Under the pieces are notes generated by a model. That model was not told the origin of the DNA. It did no database searches and saw only the letters and a list, made by a program, of their open reading frames with translations. 64,000 bases of DNA from Haliotis cracherodii (lineage: Eukaryota). Numbering within the stretch: the first letter of the stretch is position 1; each line of letters starts with the position of its first letter. The position numbers and the translations under genes were made by a program. The stretch is taken from assembly GCF_022045235.1 (NCBI RefSeq), contig NW_027266297.1, positions 5,580,001-5,644,000 on the forward strand. Direction: 5' to 3'. Below are positions 15,401-25,490 of this stretch, in pieces.

Positions 15401-18400
15401 CATGTAGACATAGCAGACACCTGGAAATACGCACATATAGGCATAACGGACACCTGGACATACACACATATAGACATAGCGGACACCTGGACATACACAC
15501 ATATAGACATAGTGGACACCTGGACATACACACATATAGAAGTAGTGGACACCTGGACATACACACATATAGACATAGCGGGCACCTGGGCATATACACA
15601 TATAGACATAGCGGACACCTGGACATACACACATATAGGCATAGCGGGCACCTTGACATACACACATATAGACATAGCGGACACCTGGACATACACACAT
15701 ATAGGCATAGTGGACACCTGGACATACACACATATAGACATAGCGGGCACCTGGACATACAGACATATAGACATAGTGGACACCTGGACATACACACATA
15801 TAGGCATAGTGGACACCTGGACATACACACATATAGACATAGCGGACACCTGGACATACACACATATAGACATAGTGGGCACCTGGACATACTTACATAT
15901 AGACATAGTGGGCACCTGGACATACACACATATAGGCATAGTGGACACCTGGACATACACACATATAGACATAGCGGGCACCTGGACATACACACATATA
16001 GACATAGCGGGCACCTTGACATACACACATATAGACATAGTGGACACCTGGACATACACACATATAGGCATAGCGGACACCTGGACATACACACATATAG
16101 ACATAGCGGGCACCTGGACATACACACATATAGGCATAGTGGATACCTGGACATACACACATATAGACATAGCGGACACCTGGACATACACACATATAGA
16201 CATAGCGGGCACCTTGACATACACACATATAGACATAGTGGACACCTGGACATACACACATATAGACATAACGGACACCTTGACATACACACATATAGAC
16301 ATAGCGGGCACCTGGACATACACACATATAGGCATAGTGGATACCTGGACATACACACATATAGACATAGCGGGCACCTTGACATACATACATATAGACA
16401 TAGCGGGCACCTTGACATACACACATATAGGCATAGCGGGCACCTTGACATACACACATATAGACATAGCGGGCACCTGGACATACACACATATAGACAT
16501 AGCGGGCACCTTGACATACACACATATAGACATAGTGGACACCTGGACATACACACATATAGACATAGCGGGCACCTGGACATACACACATATAGACATA
16601 GCGGGCACCTGGACATACACACATATAGACATAGCGGGCACCTTGACATACACACATATAGACATAGTGGACACCTGGACATACACACATATAGACATAA
16701 CGGACACCTGGACATACACACATATAGACATAGTGGACACCTGAACATACACACATATAGGCATAACGGACACCTGGACATACACACATATAGACATAGC
16801 GGGCACCTGGACATACACACATATAGACAAAGCGGACATCTGGAACATTCCAAACAGTAGGAGACAGTGGGGATATTCTGATCAATATGGTATTGGGCAA
16901 TAGAAATGATATTATCATATCTGCTGGGGAGCAGGCGATCCGATCTCGTGGGTTCTAATGGTTGGAGTTTGTGGCACACGAGGCCGTTAAAGATGTCGAT
17001 GGTCAAATTCGAAATTTTGTAGCCAACGTCACAGATATCGGATAAAAGTACCTCTGTTGACACAGATGCACGAATTCTTCGAGGCATGCTTCTGATGAGA
17101 GTGAACCTCGATTCGTCAGAAAAAAAATTACATTAGCCCAATGGCGATTATCCCAGTGCTCAGGTATCCCACACAACTGATGCGTCCTCAGTTGTTTAAA
17201 TGGCATTATGTGTGATCGAGATAGATTAATACACCAGAAGTTGTGAGGACATGCTTACCGTAGTTGAAGTCGTGTATCTCAGTTATTGGGTTTAGAGTGT
17301 TGATGGAATCTGACATTGACGTGGGCCTGTGGTCGACTCTAAGGTACTTGCTGTCAGAATTGTACCAAATCTAGAAATCAGGAAGCAGAGTTTTAATATG
17401 GTGTCGAACTAACTCACTCACTCACTCAAATATGTTTAACTGCCCCCGTAAGACCCTCATGTTACTCTCTAACCATGAACCTACATCAGCATGCATTATA
17501 ATTCCGTCCGCACCCTACGGTACTAACATACTCTCATCTTACTTTTTAACCCTGAACCTACATCGTCTAAGGCGCCGCGATTCGCTGTGCAGAGTTGCGT
17601 CCCTTATGAATGCCAGAAACCTATGATTGTGGGTTCGAATCCTGGTTCGCCCCGATTATGTTTCTAGGTTTGTAATACTCTCTAACCCTGAACGTACATC
17701 AGCCTGTATCATCATATCGTCCGCACCTCACAATACCCCCACCCCTCATCTTACTCTCTAACCCTGAACATACAACGGCCTACATTATAATTTGCCGCAC
17801 CTCACGATACCTCCACCCCTCACCTTACTCTCTAACCCTGAACATACAACGGCCTACATTATAATTTGCCGCACCTCACGATACCTCCACCCCTCATCTT
17901 ACTCTCTAACCCTGAACATACAACGGCCTCCATTATAATTTGCCGCACCTCACGATACCTCCACCCCTCATCTTACTCTCTAACCCTAAACATACAACGG
18001 CCTACATTATAATTTGCCGCACCTCACGATACCCCCACCCCTCATCTTACTCTCTAACCCTGAACATACAACGGCCTACATTATAATTTGCCGCACCTCA
18101 CGATACCCCCACCCCTCATCTTACTCTCTAACCCTGAACATACAACGGCCTCCATTATAATTTGCCGTACCTCACGATACCCCCACCCCTCATCTTACTC
18201 TCTAACCCTGAACATACAACGGCCTACATTATAATTTGCCGCACCTCACAATATCGCCACCCCTCATCTTACTCTCTAACCCTGAACATACAACGGCCTA
18301 CATTATAATTTGCCGTACCTCACAATACCCCCACCCCTCATCTTACTCTCTAACCCTGAACATACAACGGCCTCCATTATAATTTGCCGCACCTCACAAT

Positions 18401-21400
18401 ACCCCCACCCCTCATCTTACTCTCTAACCCTGAATATACAACGGCCTACATTATAATTTGCCGTACCTCACGATACCCCCACCCCTCATCTTACTCTCTA
18501 ACCCTGAACATACAACGGCCTCCATTATAATTTGCCGCACCTCACAATACCCCCACCCCTCATCTTACTCTCTAACCCTGAACATACAACGGCCTACATT
18601 ATAATTTGCCGCACCTCACGATACCCCTAGCCCTCATCTTACTCTCTAACCCTGAACCTACATCAGCCTGCATTATTAGATCGTCCGCAACGTCAATGAT
18701 TTCCTGGCGGTAATAGTAGTTTGTGGGCATTTGGGGTAACTTCTCTGTGTTCACTCTTCCCGGGCACTCCACATTGTTGGGCGTCTGAAAGAATCCGATA
18801 CAACGACATATTAGCTGGAGAAAAGGTAAATCCTTTAGACTTAAATATGCGGAACATATACTGACCGCCAATAGAAACGCGACCATAGAAACATAGGGAG
18901 AAGTATATGCGTTAAGAAGAGGTGTTTCCAATGTGTTTCAATTAATGACAAAACAAATAATCAGTCAAGTGTTACCATGGTATCCTTAATCTTATCACGA
19001 AAAGCTGCCCGTGATTTCCAAACTTTACACGCTAATCCTGCACTAGACAAAAGATGCACCTGGAGTCATGGACCTATGACATCACATGTGATGCGTTTAT
19101 CAGCGTCGGTCCACACAAGATACCAGTATGTTAGTTTGTGCGTCGAAATCTAATATCTCTTGAATGTGAGCAGTTCTTCATATATTATTGAGTGGTATTC
19201 GTGTGGATAAAGGTGGGGTTGTGTATAAGGGGTTGGTGGTTGATTGGAGCTGCATCGTGGATTAGGGTAGGATGGGTTGGGGTGTTAATCCTGTAATCTT
19301 CTTAATGGCTTTCCTTTTTTTCAGGGGCTCCGTGAACGTTCAGGCCATTTTTTTTCAAAATACGTTGTATCAATATCTAAAAGGTAAAATGCATCTACTT
19401 TCATACCCTGTCAATGTCTAAAGTTGTAAAGTTTTCGAGAAACAGATTCGATGTCAATGTACCTGAAATATAGACGAATCAACGTCGGAGTCGGCCCTGA
19501 AGTCAAAGTAGTCGTAGACGTGGTGGAACGTCCTCGGGGTGGAGCCGTTAGTGAAGGTCTGTTCCCCTTGCATTTCGATCCTAACCGGAACCATCACGTG
19601 GGTTGATGACGTGGACCAGTTAGAGGCTGGTGAAACGCCAAAGGTGAGTACATGAAGTCACCAAGAATGGTTATTTTGACTAGTTATTTAGAAATAGTTA
19701 TAATAACGTTACCCGCATTTTAAATAGCCATAAGAAGTTGCTATTACTCGACGAGGATAGGGTGGAGAGAGAATAATAGCTTTGCTTAAGTTGGTTTTCA
19801 TTTCTATTTTTCTAGCTATTGTTTCGCTTGCAATATGTACAATGCTCTTATTTAGAAGTCTTGGTAAACTAGGATGTGAGTTGTGACACAAAATAGGCAG
19901 AATAAACCAATAACTGCAAGGTTATGCGTTCTGAACACCTTTAATAAGGCAAGACAACAGTTATCTACGCATGTGTATAGTTACAGAAATTAACGGTTAT
20001 ATGCGCGTGTGCAGTAACACAAAGTAATAGTTATCGGCACAAGTGTAGTAACACAAATTAACAGTTATCTGCACATGTGTAGTAACACAAATTAACAGTT
20101 ATCTGCACATGTGTATAGTTACAGAAATTAACAGTTATCTGCACATGTGTAGTAACACAAATTAACAGTTATCTGCACATGTGTAGTAACGCAAATTAAC
20201 AGTTATCTGCACATGTGTAGTAACACAAATTAACAGTTATCTGCACATGTGTAGTAACACAAATTAACAGTTATCTGCACATGTGTAGTAACACAAATTA
20301 ACAGTTATCTGCGCATGTGTATAGTTGCAGAAATTAACAGTTATCTGCGCATGTGTAGTAACACAAATTGACAGTTATCTGCACATGTGTAGTAACACAA
20401 ATTAACAGTTATCTGCGCATGTGTAGTAACACAAATTAACAGTTATCTGCGCATGTGTATTAACATAATTAACAGTTATCTGCACGTGGGTAGTAACACA
20501 TGTGAACATGTTATGTGACAAAGTTGCTTCACCTGTGAAGTAGTGGTCAAGGGTGAAGTTGGTGTTGGCTGTGGCCCAGAACATACACGTCTGCCAGTGT
20601 ACGGTGGGGAGACCACGGGTGGTGCTGTAGCCTTTGAACACCTGCAACATGACAATGTTTAAATATGCCAATAAATAACAGCAAAACCGTTTCCATATTC
20701 ATAAGAAATCTCTGCCCTGATTCCGACTATATCATGAGCAGCTGTTTATGAATCAAATCATGATGATACCACGTGTTCATGAAAAGGCGAGCTTTGGCTG
20801 TCCCATCGGTGGCACCCGTCACAAACACATGCGAAGGCAAGTAAATTATAAGTAAAATAGGGAATTGCATCATTAGGAAACACAGGGAACAATAGGATAC
20901 ACAATTATCTTTAAGCATGTACGGTCTTAAACATTTTTATCGCGTCTTTTGCACGTTCCTGTTACATGATGATGATGTGAATACATTACCGGTCCTCTTT
21001 GAGACCCGAATCGAAGAGCCTCTGCAGCTGGTGGTATATGGCTCCGCCCATCCGTGACGTCATCGCCAAACAGATTCATTTCATTGGACGTTGTGAGATT
21101 CACGACCTGACAATGTGACTCTGCAACAACATAAGTTGATTTGAAACTGATGCTTCCATTTATGATCATGTATCCATCAAATGTTATACAATTATGGTTA
21201 TAAATTAAATTGGTCAATTAAAGAAGACACTCTCTGAGTTGATTGCGAACTGAGTGTTAAAATATAGAGTAATAGACCAACTCTTGTACAACTTGAAGAA
21301 GTAAACATCCTTTATTCACTGACTATTTCAGTGTAATAATTATTTACACACGCACCTGAGTCAATATTAAAAATCTCGCCGGTATTATAGCTGTAGATGG

Positions 21401-22934
21401 AACGGGACTCCATGCCGTTTGCAAAAAATTTTATTAAGCCGTTGTTGCCGTCGAAGTCGAGATATTGTTCGGCGTCCATTGTGTAGCCTTTGTCCATCAA
21501 GTTGACCTCCACGTGTGCCTGGAACGACTGGAACGACATGTCCGGCAGAGGAGGGTCTGCACGGTGGACAATGGGCAAAAATAACATGTGATACAAGGAA
21601 GGATCGTAAACCCTAACGCAGTTAGTGAGTGTCTCGTGGCACGTGTCCAACAAGTTCTAACGTAGATTAGTGAGTATCTCGTACCACGGGTCCGTCAAGT
21701 TATAACGTAGGTTAGTGAGTGTCTGGTATCATGGATCAAACACGTTATAATGTAGATTAGTGAGTGTCTCGTACCAAAGGTCTAACAAGTTATAACGTAG
21801 ATTAGTGAGTGTCTCGTGCCATGGATCAAACACGTTATAACGTAGATTAGTGAGTGTCTGGTGCCATGGATCCAACACGTTATAATGTAGATTAGTGAGT
21901 GTCTCTTACCAAAGGTCTAACAAGTTATAATGTAGATTAGTGAGTGTCTCGTACCAAAGGTCAAACAAGTTATAATGTAGATTAGTGAGTGTCTCGTACC
22001 AAAGGTCTAACAAGTTATAATGTAGCTTAGTGAGTGTCTCGTACCAAAGGTCTAACAAGTTATAATGTAGATTAGTGAGTGTCTCGTGCCATGGATCCAA
22101 CACGTTATAAAGTAGATTAGTGAGTGTCTTGTACCATGTGAGACTCTCTTTCGGGTTTGGCCCAGCAAGTTATAAAGTAGGTTGGTGAGACTCTCTTTCG
22201 GGTTTGGCCCAGCAAATTATAAAGTAGGTTTGCGAGCATCTCGGCCAAAGGGTCAAACCATGTATAAGAAGTTTGTGTGCAGCGTGTGTCTGACGGACCC
22301 GATATGGTATGGAGTGTACGAATGGTTCACCTGACGGACCCGACATGGTATGGAGTGTACGAATGTCTCACCTGACGGACCCGATATGGCATATAGTATA
22401 CGAGTGTCTCACCCGAAGGGCCCGATATGGTATGTAGTATACGAGTGTCTTACCTGACGGACCCGATATGGTATGGAGTGTACGAATGGTTCAACTGACG
22501 GACCCGATATGGTATGGAGTGTACGAATGGTTCACCTGACGGACCCGATATGGTATGGAGTGTACGAATGGTTCACCTGACGGACCCGATATGGTATGTA
22601 GTATACGAACGTCTCACCTGACGGACCCGATATGGTATGTAGTATATGAATGTCTCACCCGACGGACCCGATATGGTATGGAGTGTACGAATGGTTCACC
22701 TGACGGACCCGATATGGTATGTAGTATACGAATGTCTCACCTGACGGACCCGATATGGTATGTAGTATACGAATGTCTCACCTGACGGACCCGATATGGT
22801 ATGTAGTATACGAATGTCTCACCTGACGGGCTTGGCATGGTACCTGGACCCCCAGTACAGAAGGGCGTGAGGGAAGACACCCCGCTGCCACACAGCCACA
22901 CCCAGGTCACCAGCACTGACACTCGCCGTGACAT
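249..22934 (-). CDS. Multi-exon gene, 3'-incomplete in window: secreted/surface protein with tandem ependymin-related (LolA-fold-like) repeats and a PAN/Apple domain. Coding exons: 22934-22823, 21556-21356, 21120-20990, 20641-20533, 19626-19463, 18784-18662, 17370-17259, 15156-14978, 13144-13037, 8866-8783, 7920-7785, 7111-6941, 6187-5960, 5231-5116, 3564-3525, 2480-2383, 1382-1271, 433-249
   Basis: All 18 exons have AG/GT boundaries and matching phases, giving 2409 nt (803 codons) without a stop. N-terminal hydrophobic signal MSRRVSVLVTWVWLCGSGVSS. Internal repeat with identical exon phasing: IWYNSD...EIHDFNY/GVRYVRDQVTGNC...MKNPLQFF versus VWYDSK...YVHDFNT/GIAYNIDQVQGNC...MKGPLEMF. Apple motif CAGLC...CRSFDFC...CKLS...CDHF. 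Family naming is from motif recognition, not a database search. Confidence 0.88.
1271..1382 (-). CDS. Gene 1 exon (VWYDSKYKLARYD...YVHDFNT)
   Basis: cgttag|...|gtatgt; 112 nt, phase 0 to 1. Confidence 0.88.
1602..1770 (+). mobile_element. SINE family A copy
   Basis: Diverged copy of 44111-44278. Confidence 0.8.
2383..2480 (-). CDS. Gene 1 exon (GYTDSKPLPSMPEQFSYRMEIVIPNKKTTTTVD)
   Basis: acgcag|...|gtaagt; 98 nt, phase 1 to 0. Confidence 0.85.
2487..2725. repeat. (GAGT/GGGT)n microsatellite abutting the exon 2480 acceptor
   Basis: Direct reading. Confidence 0.9.
3525..3564 (-). CDS. Gene 1 small exon (TRTYGAIYTSIDF)
   Basis: tctgcccag|...|gtgagt; 40 nt; supplies the phase 0 to 1 bridge needed between the neighbouring exons. 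Confidence 0.75.
3687..3842. mobile_element. Hairpin (fold-back) MITE-like element
   Basis: agattaaccttctg..ttttgaa.tctgatgtag versus ctacatcaga.ttcaaaa..cagaaggtttatct. Confidence 0.55.
4310..5010. repeat. About 40-bp minisatellite, about 17 copies
   Basis: ttgtgtggccccggcggtggtcagtgtgtgttctacttca. Confidence 0.95.
5116..5231 (-). CDS. Gene 1 exon (RTVNPETAHEK...IDIPEDDGS)
   Basis: tcacag|...|gtacgt; 116 nt, phase 1 to 0. Confidence 0.82.
5726..5829. mobile_element. Same palindromic MITE, inserted into another dispersed repeat, CTG TSD
   Basis: acCTG|ggcccacttgcacaaagcg...cgctttgtgcaagtgggtc|CTGgtatc. An uninterrupted relative of the host repeat lies at about 20760-20830 (opposite strand). 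Confidence 0.75.
5960..6187 (-). CDS. Gene 1 exon encoding the PAN/Apple domain
   Basis: ttttag|...|gtaagt; 228 nt, phase 1 to 1; CAGLC-x6-CRSFDFC-x6-CKLS-x14-CDHF. Confidence 0.9.
6941..7111 (-). CDS. Gene 1 exon (APKQFNRDKED...VNPIRIGRLRVEYDNTNVYVSATLVDRTPPA); an alternative in-frame acceptor would start the exon at 7126
   Basis: ttctcag|...|gtaggt; 171 nt, phase 1 to 1. Confidence 0.82.
7570..7706. other. Assembly gap
   Basis: Run of N. Confidence 1.
7785..7920 (-). CDS. Gene 1 exon (VGFHVVYNFLDF...VFDISDCF...FQLLGE)
   Basis: ttacag|...|gttaga; 136 nt, phase 0 to 1. Confidence 0.83.
8327..8637 (+). mobile_element. SINE family B copy
   Basis: Colinear with 56528-56885. Confidence 0.8.
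8783..8866 (-). CDS. Gene 1 exon (EGWSDDPNVGYSTYQTGFPFRLEITALD)
   Basis: cgtcag|...|gtatgt; 84 nt, phase 0 to 0. Confidence 0.8.
9134..12291 (+). mobile_element. Decayed, internally deleted Academ (AcademX-type) DNA transposon inside a gene 1 intron
   Basis: Termini TAGTCAA...TTGACTA; about 240-bp imperfect TIRs (9134-9378 versus 12058-12291); internal frameshifted XPG/PIN-like and Cys-rich remnants. No TSD recognised. Confidence 0.72.
10490..11650 (+). pseudogene. Academ-type ORF remnant (XPG-like nuclease region plus C-terminal CxC zinc finger)
   Basis: Fragments VQYVLDGG, VVVFDGY..GPSKKD, FLSNKDNKQKFI, DADLLIAQTA, AGEKALVTLY, LPPTSAAA, APKHLLNVIRC, CTCRANSLECTNGC across frameshifts and stops. 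Confidence 0.75.
12292..12790. repeat. About 50-bp minisatellite
   Basis: gagacggattaatagaggtagatgtatgtagataggtagatata... Confidence 0.9.
13037..13144 (-). CDS. Gene 1 exon (RYARDALCDVYTSVRSDF...FEYYFLS)
   Basis: tttcag|...|gtacgt; 108 nt, phase 0 to 0. Confidence 0.85.
13605..14945. repeat. 21-bp minisatellite, about 60 copies
   Basis: gactgatcaggactagtggac. Confidence 0.95.
14978..15156 (-). CDS. Gene 1 exon (GVRYVRDQVTGNCSV...MKNPLQFFSLNSNYTFSGQ)
   Basis: gtccag|...|gtcagt; 179 nt, phase 1 to 0; paralogous to exon 433-249. Confidence 0.87.
15140..16845. repeat. 33-bp minisatellite, about 52 copies, unit spans the exon-15156 acceptor
   Basis: ggacacctggacatacacacatatagacatagc. Confidence 0.97.
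17259..17370 (-). CDS. Gene 1 exon (IWYNSDSKYLRVDH...EIHDFNY)
   Basis: ttctag|...|gtaagc; 112 nt, phase 0 to 1; paralogous to exon 1382-1271. Confidence 0.88.
17690..18700. repeat. 74-bp minisatellite, about 13 copies, unit spans the exon-18662 donor
   Basis: ccctcatcttactctctaaccctgaacatacaacggcctacattataatttgccgcacctcacgatacccccac. Confidence 0.95.
18662..18784 (-). CDS. Gene 1 exon (TPNNVECPGRVNTEKLPQMPTNYYYRQEI...MQAD)
   Basis: tttcag|...|gtaggt; 123 nt, phase 0 to 0. Confidence 0.87.
19463..19626 (-). CDS. Gene 1 exon (ASNWSTSSTHVMVPVRIEMQG...HHVYDYFDF...SSIFQ)
   Basis: caccag|...|gtacat; 164 nt, phase 1 to 0. Confidence 0.87.
19955..20500. repeat. 33-36-bp minisatellite
   Basis: gtagtaacacaaattaacagttatctgcacatgt. 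Confidence 0.95.
20533..20641 (-). CDS. Gene 1 exon (VFKGYSTTRGLPTVHWQTC...LDHYFT)
   Basis: ttgcag|...|gtgaag; 109 nt, phase 0 to 1. Confidence 0.87.
20990..21120 (-). CDS. Gene 1 exon (ESHCQVVNL...ALRFGSQRGP)
   Basis: ttgcag|...|gtaatg; 131 nt, phase 1 to 0. Confidence 0.85.
21356..21556 (-). CDS. Gene 1 exon (DPPLPDMSFQSFQAHVEVNLMDKGY...GEIFNIDS)
   Basis: gtgcag|...|gtgcgt; 201 nt, phase 1 to 1. Confidence 0.88.
21620..22140. repeat. 45-bp minisatellite
   Basis: gttataatgtagattagtgagtgtctcgtaccaaaggtctaacaa. Confidence 0.93.
22287..22830. repeat. 41-bp minisatellite, about 13 copies, unit spans the exon-22823 donor
   Basis: cctgacggacccgatatggtatgtagtatacgaatgtctca. Confidence 0.95.
22823..22934 (-). 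CDS. Gene 1 exon with signal peptide (MSRRVSVLVTWVWLCGSGVSSLTPFCTGGPGTMPSPS)
   Basis: gtacag|ATG ... CCGTCAG|gtgaga; 112 nt, ends phase 1. Confidence 0.8.
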
Positions 22935-23312
22935 CTGTACACAAATAGTTTTGAGAATCGACAAAGTTGTTCATGTTTAGACAACAGTGTTTTAGACTTT
23001 GCTTGAAGAGCAAAGGTCACATGTCAACACGGAGTGTGAAGTTTGTTGTGGAACTGATTTGAATACCCTTGAGTAATTGAAATCGATAAATCAACGTACA
23101 GTTTCAAATGAACTATTTTTTTACAACATTTAGGATCGCGTTTACAAGCTAATCGTTTTTAGGGTCCAAGGGCTATTGGGTCTATTTATACATTATTATG
23201 TCAATAACGTTGTAAGTCCGTGTACCATGTGATAATGAAAGTGCCTGTGAAACTTGTTGCACGTCTAATTTCAATGTATTGAAACGCCAAATCATATACA
23301 TGTTTAGATTAT

Positions 23313-23685
23313 TAATAATAATAATAACTACAGATTTATATAGCGCTGGTATCCAGTTCGAAGAACTGCTCAAAAGCGTTTCATTTGAGTCTACACAAAA
23401 AAGAGTCATTACACAGCTAGGAAAACACAAAGCCTCAATACTCCAAGACGGATTTGGTGAAAAGATAGGTTTTGAGTCTTGATCGGAACAAAGTAGGACT
23501 GTCAATGTTCCTGATATCCAATGGCAGCCTATTCCATAGCCCGGGGGCAACTTTGGCGAAACTCCGACCTCCAAAAGTCGCCGTTCTAACACTAGGCACA
23601 GAGAGTAGGGACTGGCAGCTTGATCTGAGAGTAATATTAGGATATTACACAATGATTAATAAACATGTTTAGGGTATGGGGGTAC
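23313..23685 (-). mobile_element. L2/CR1-group LINE 3' fragment
   Basis: Minus-strand translation TLRSSCQSLLSVPSVRTATFGGRSFAKVAPGLWNRLPLDIR...FRSRLKTYLF, then GCGCTATATAAAT and a (TAT)n tail. Confidence 0.8.
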
Positions 23686-24218
23686 AAACAACTGTGAGAC
23701 AGCGTTTCGTGTTGAGGCCCTAAACTTGTGTAGATAGCACACACCAAACGTGTATCAGGTTTTGGATTTAAACAAATACCTAAACACGTTTACATCTAAA
23801 CACGTCTTGTACGTGTTGTCATACTATACACATGTTTACAGTATACTGAATTTGAAACATGTGAAGTGACTTTAAAAATTAAAATGTAATAATAATATTA
23901 TATAATGTTCAGCAAATACAATTGATAGGGCTAATACTGATAAGGCACTTTTGAACTTTGAAAAAACGGTTATGTAAACTTTGGGGTTTTCTTCATAAAA
24001 GGTAATAAGACTGTCAGATAGAAGATCTTTTTTCGGTCTTGTAGGGGTGTAGCGTTATATGAAAAGGTCAATGCTAATAGCAATTATGTCTTCCTGGGCT
24101 GTTCACCCTAACAGTAAATGACAGCTCCCTTGACATAAGCTTGGAGTACGTGAGGAACAACGACAGTACCTATATCTGGCACAGAAGAAATACATGTACA
24201 TGTATATGATACAGAAAC

Positions 24219-25196
24219 AATTATCTACGAGTGGTGAGGAATGACGGATTATCTGTCCCGAGTGGAATTAATGTTTGATAGTTGAAGGTGGAAAGTCCCG
24301 AGCCTTCACGAGGAACTTTCAAACATTAACGAGGGACAGATAATCAAGAAAGGTTTATTGTTTTTATTACCCATCGTCAAGTTTTGACCAAGAAACCAAG
24401 AAACCAAGAAACCATAAGAAACCGTTGACTCTTATAACAGAGGCGAAGTCGCATTTCATAATATTTATAAACTCGAGTGAAGCGAATTCTTGGAATGTTA
24501 TTTGATCACACTCAGTGAAATAGTTCGTTTGAGTGGCATTATTTCTTCAACAATTTAAGCAATATAATGAATTTGGGGGATAATAATACATTGATTCATG
24601 TATAATAGTACAACAATGGTTTAATAATGACTTGGCATTATTGTTAATACAAAATTCAAAAACATGTAGTTCAAACTGTTCGCCATTTTCTTTGGGTGGC
24701 ATTGCCGCCAGCCGCCTCAAAGTCACTAGCTGTCATGACTACGAAAGGAAAACCAAAACTTTTGTCTGTCTCCACATTCTCATCAACAACAAACTATGTA
24801 AATTGATTCTACAACATGTAAGATTTATTTAACAGCCTCTTTCAGGTCATCATTTATCTTACTTTTTAAGACAACAGTCAATGTTTCCTACTCGAACATT
24901 GGAATGTGGCTTGGCCTTGGCCTTAAACTGATAGATCAAGGCCAGAGAGTCTATGCAGCATTTTCAAGAAAGTTAAACGTATATGTGGATTAACCAAGAA
25001 CATTGGAGCCAGTTGATTCGAACGTTGGATTGACTGCCCTAAACGTCTCCGCATTGTCGACAAATCTCCGGACTGAGTGTGAACTCTTGTACCTATGCTC
25101 ATGGTTAATGCTCGTGAAATAATGTTTGAAAGTTCCTCGCCAAGGGTCGTACTCGGGACAGATAATTCGTCATTCTTCGTCACTCGTAAATTATTC
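24219..25196. mobile_element. Unclassified non-autonomous element with terminal inverted repeats and an internal hairpin
   Basis: 24219-24263 (aattatctacgagtggtgaggaatgacggattatctgtcccgagt) is the imperfect inverse of 25151-25195. Confidence 0.6.
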
Positions 25197-25490
25197 TCTT
25201 TGAACACAACAGACAAGAAGCATCAACGCGATTGATCCTTTGAGTTTGTTAAATTAAAATGAGACAAAGCTACACATTTTGTTTAATTAGTCGGGTTTTT
25301 TAAATAAAAGGATTATAAGATCATAACTTGTTTTATTTAAAACTAATTACGTGTCATTCTCAATTTTTTTGGATAGTTTGTTTTCAATACATCTTGACAT
25401 CCGTGTATCATGTGGACTTATTTATCGATGTATGTAATAGTAAACAATATAAGAACATTGTTATTTTGAGTGATGTACACAGTTACTCAC

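Noticed and set aside
15106-17087. Long ORFs in all six frames (His-rich 584 aa, Cys-rich 654 aa, etc.)
   Set aside because: By-product of a nearly stop-free 33-bp unit. Only the minus frame continuous with exon 15156-14978 has any support.
13605-22830. CRISPR-like arrays
   Set aside because: Units are contiguous with no unique spacers, the context is eukaryotic, and no cas genes are present.
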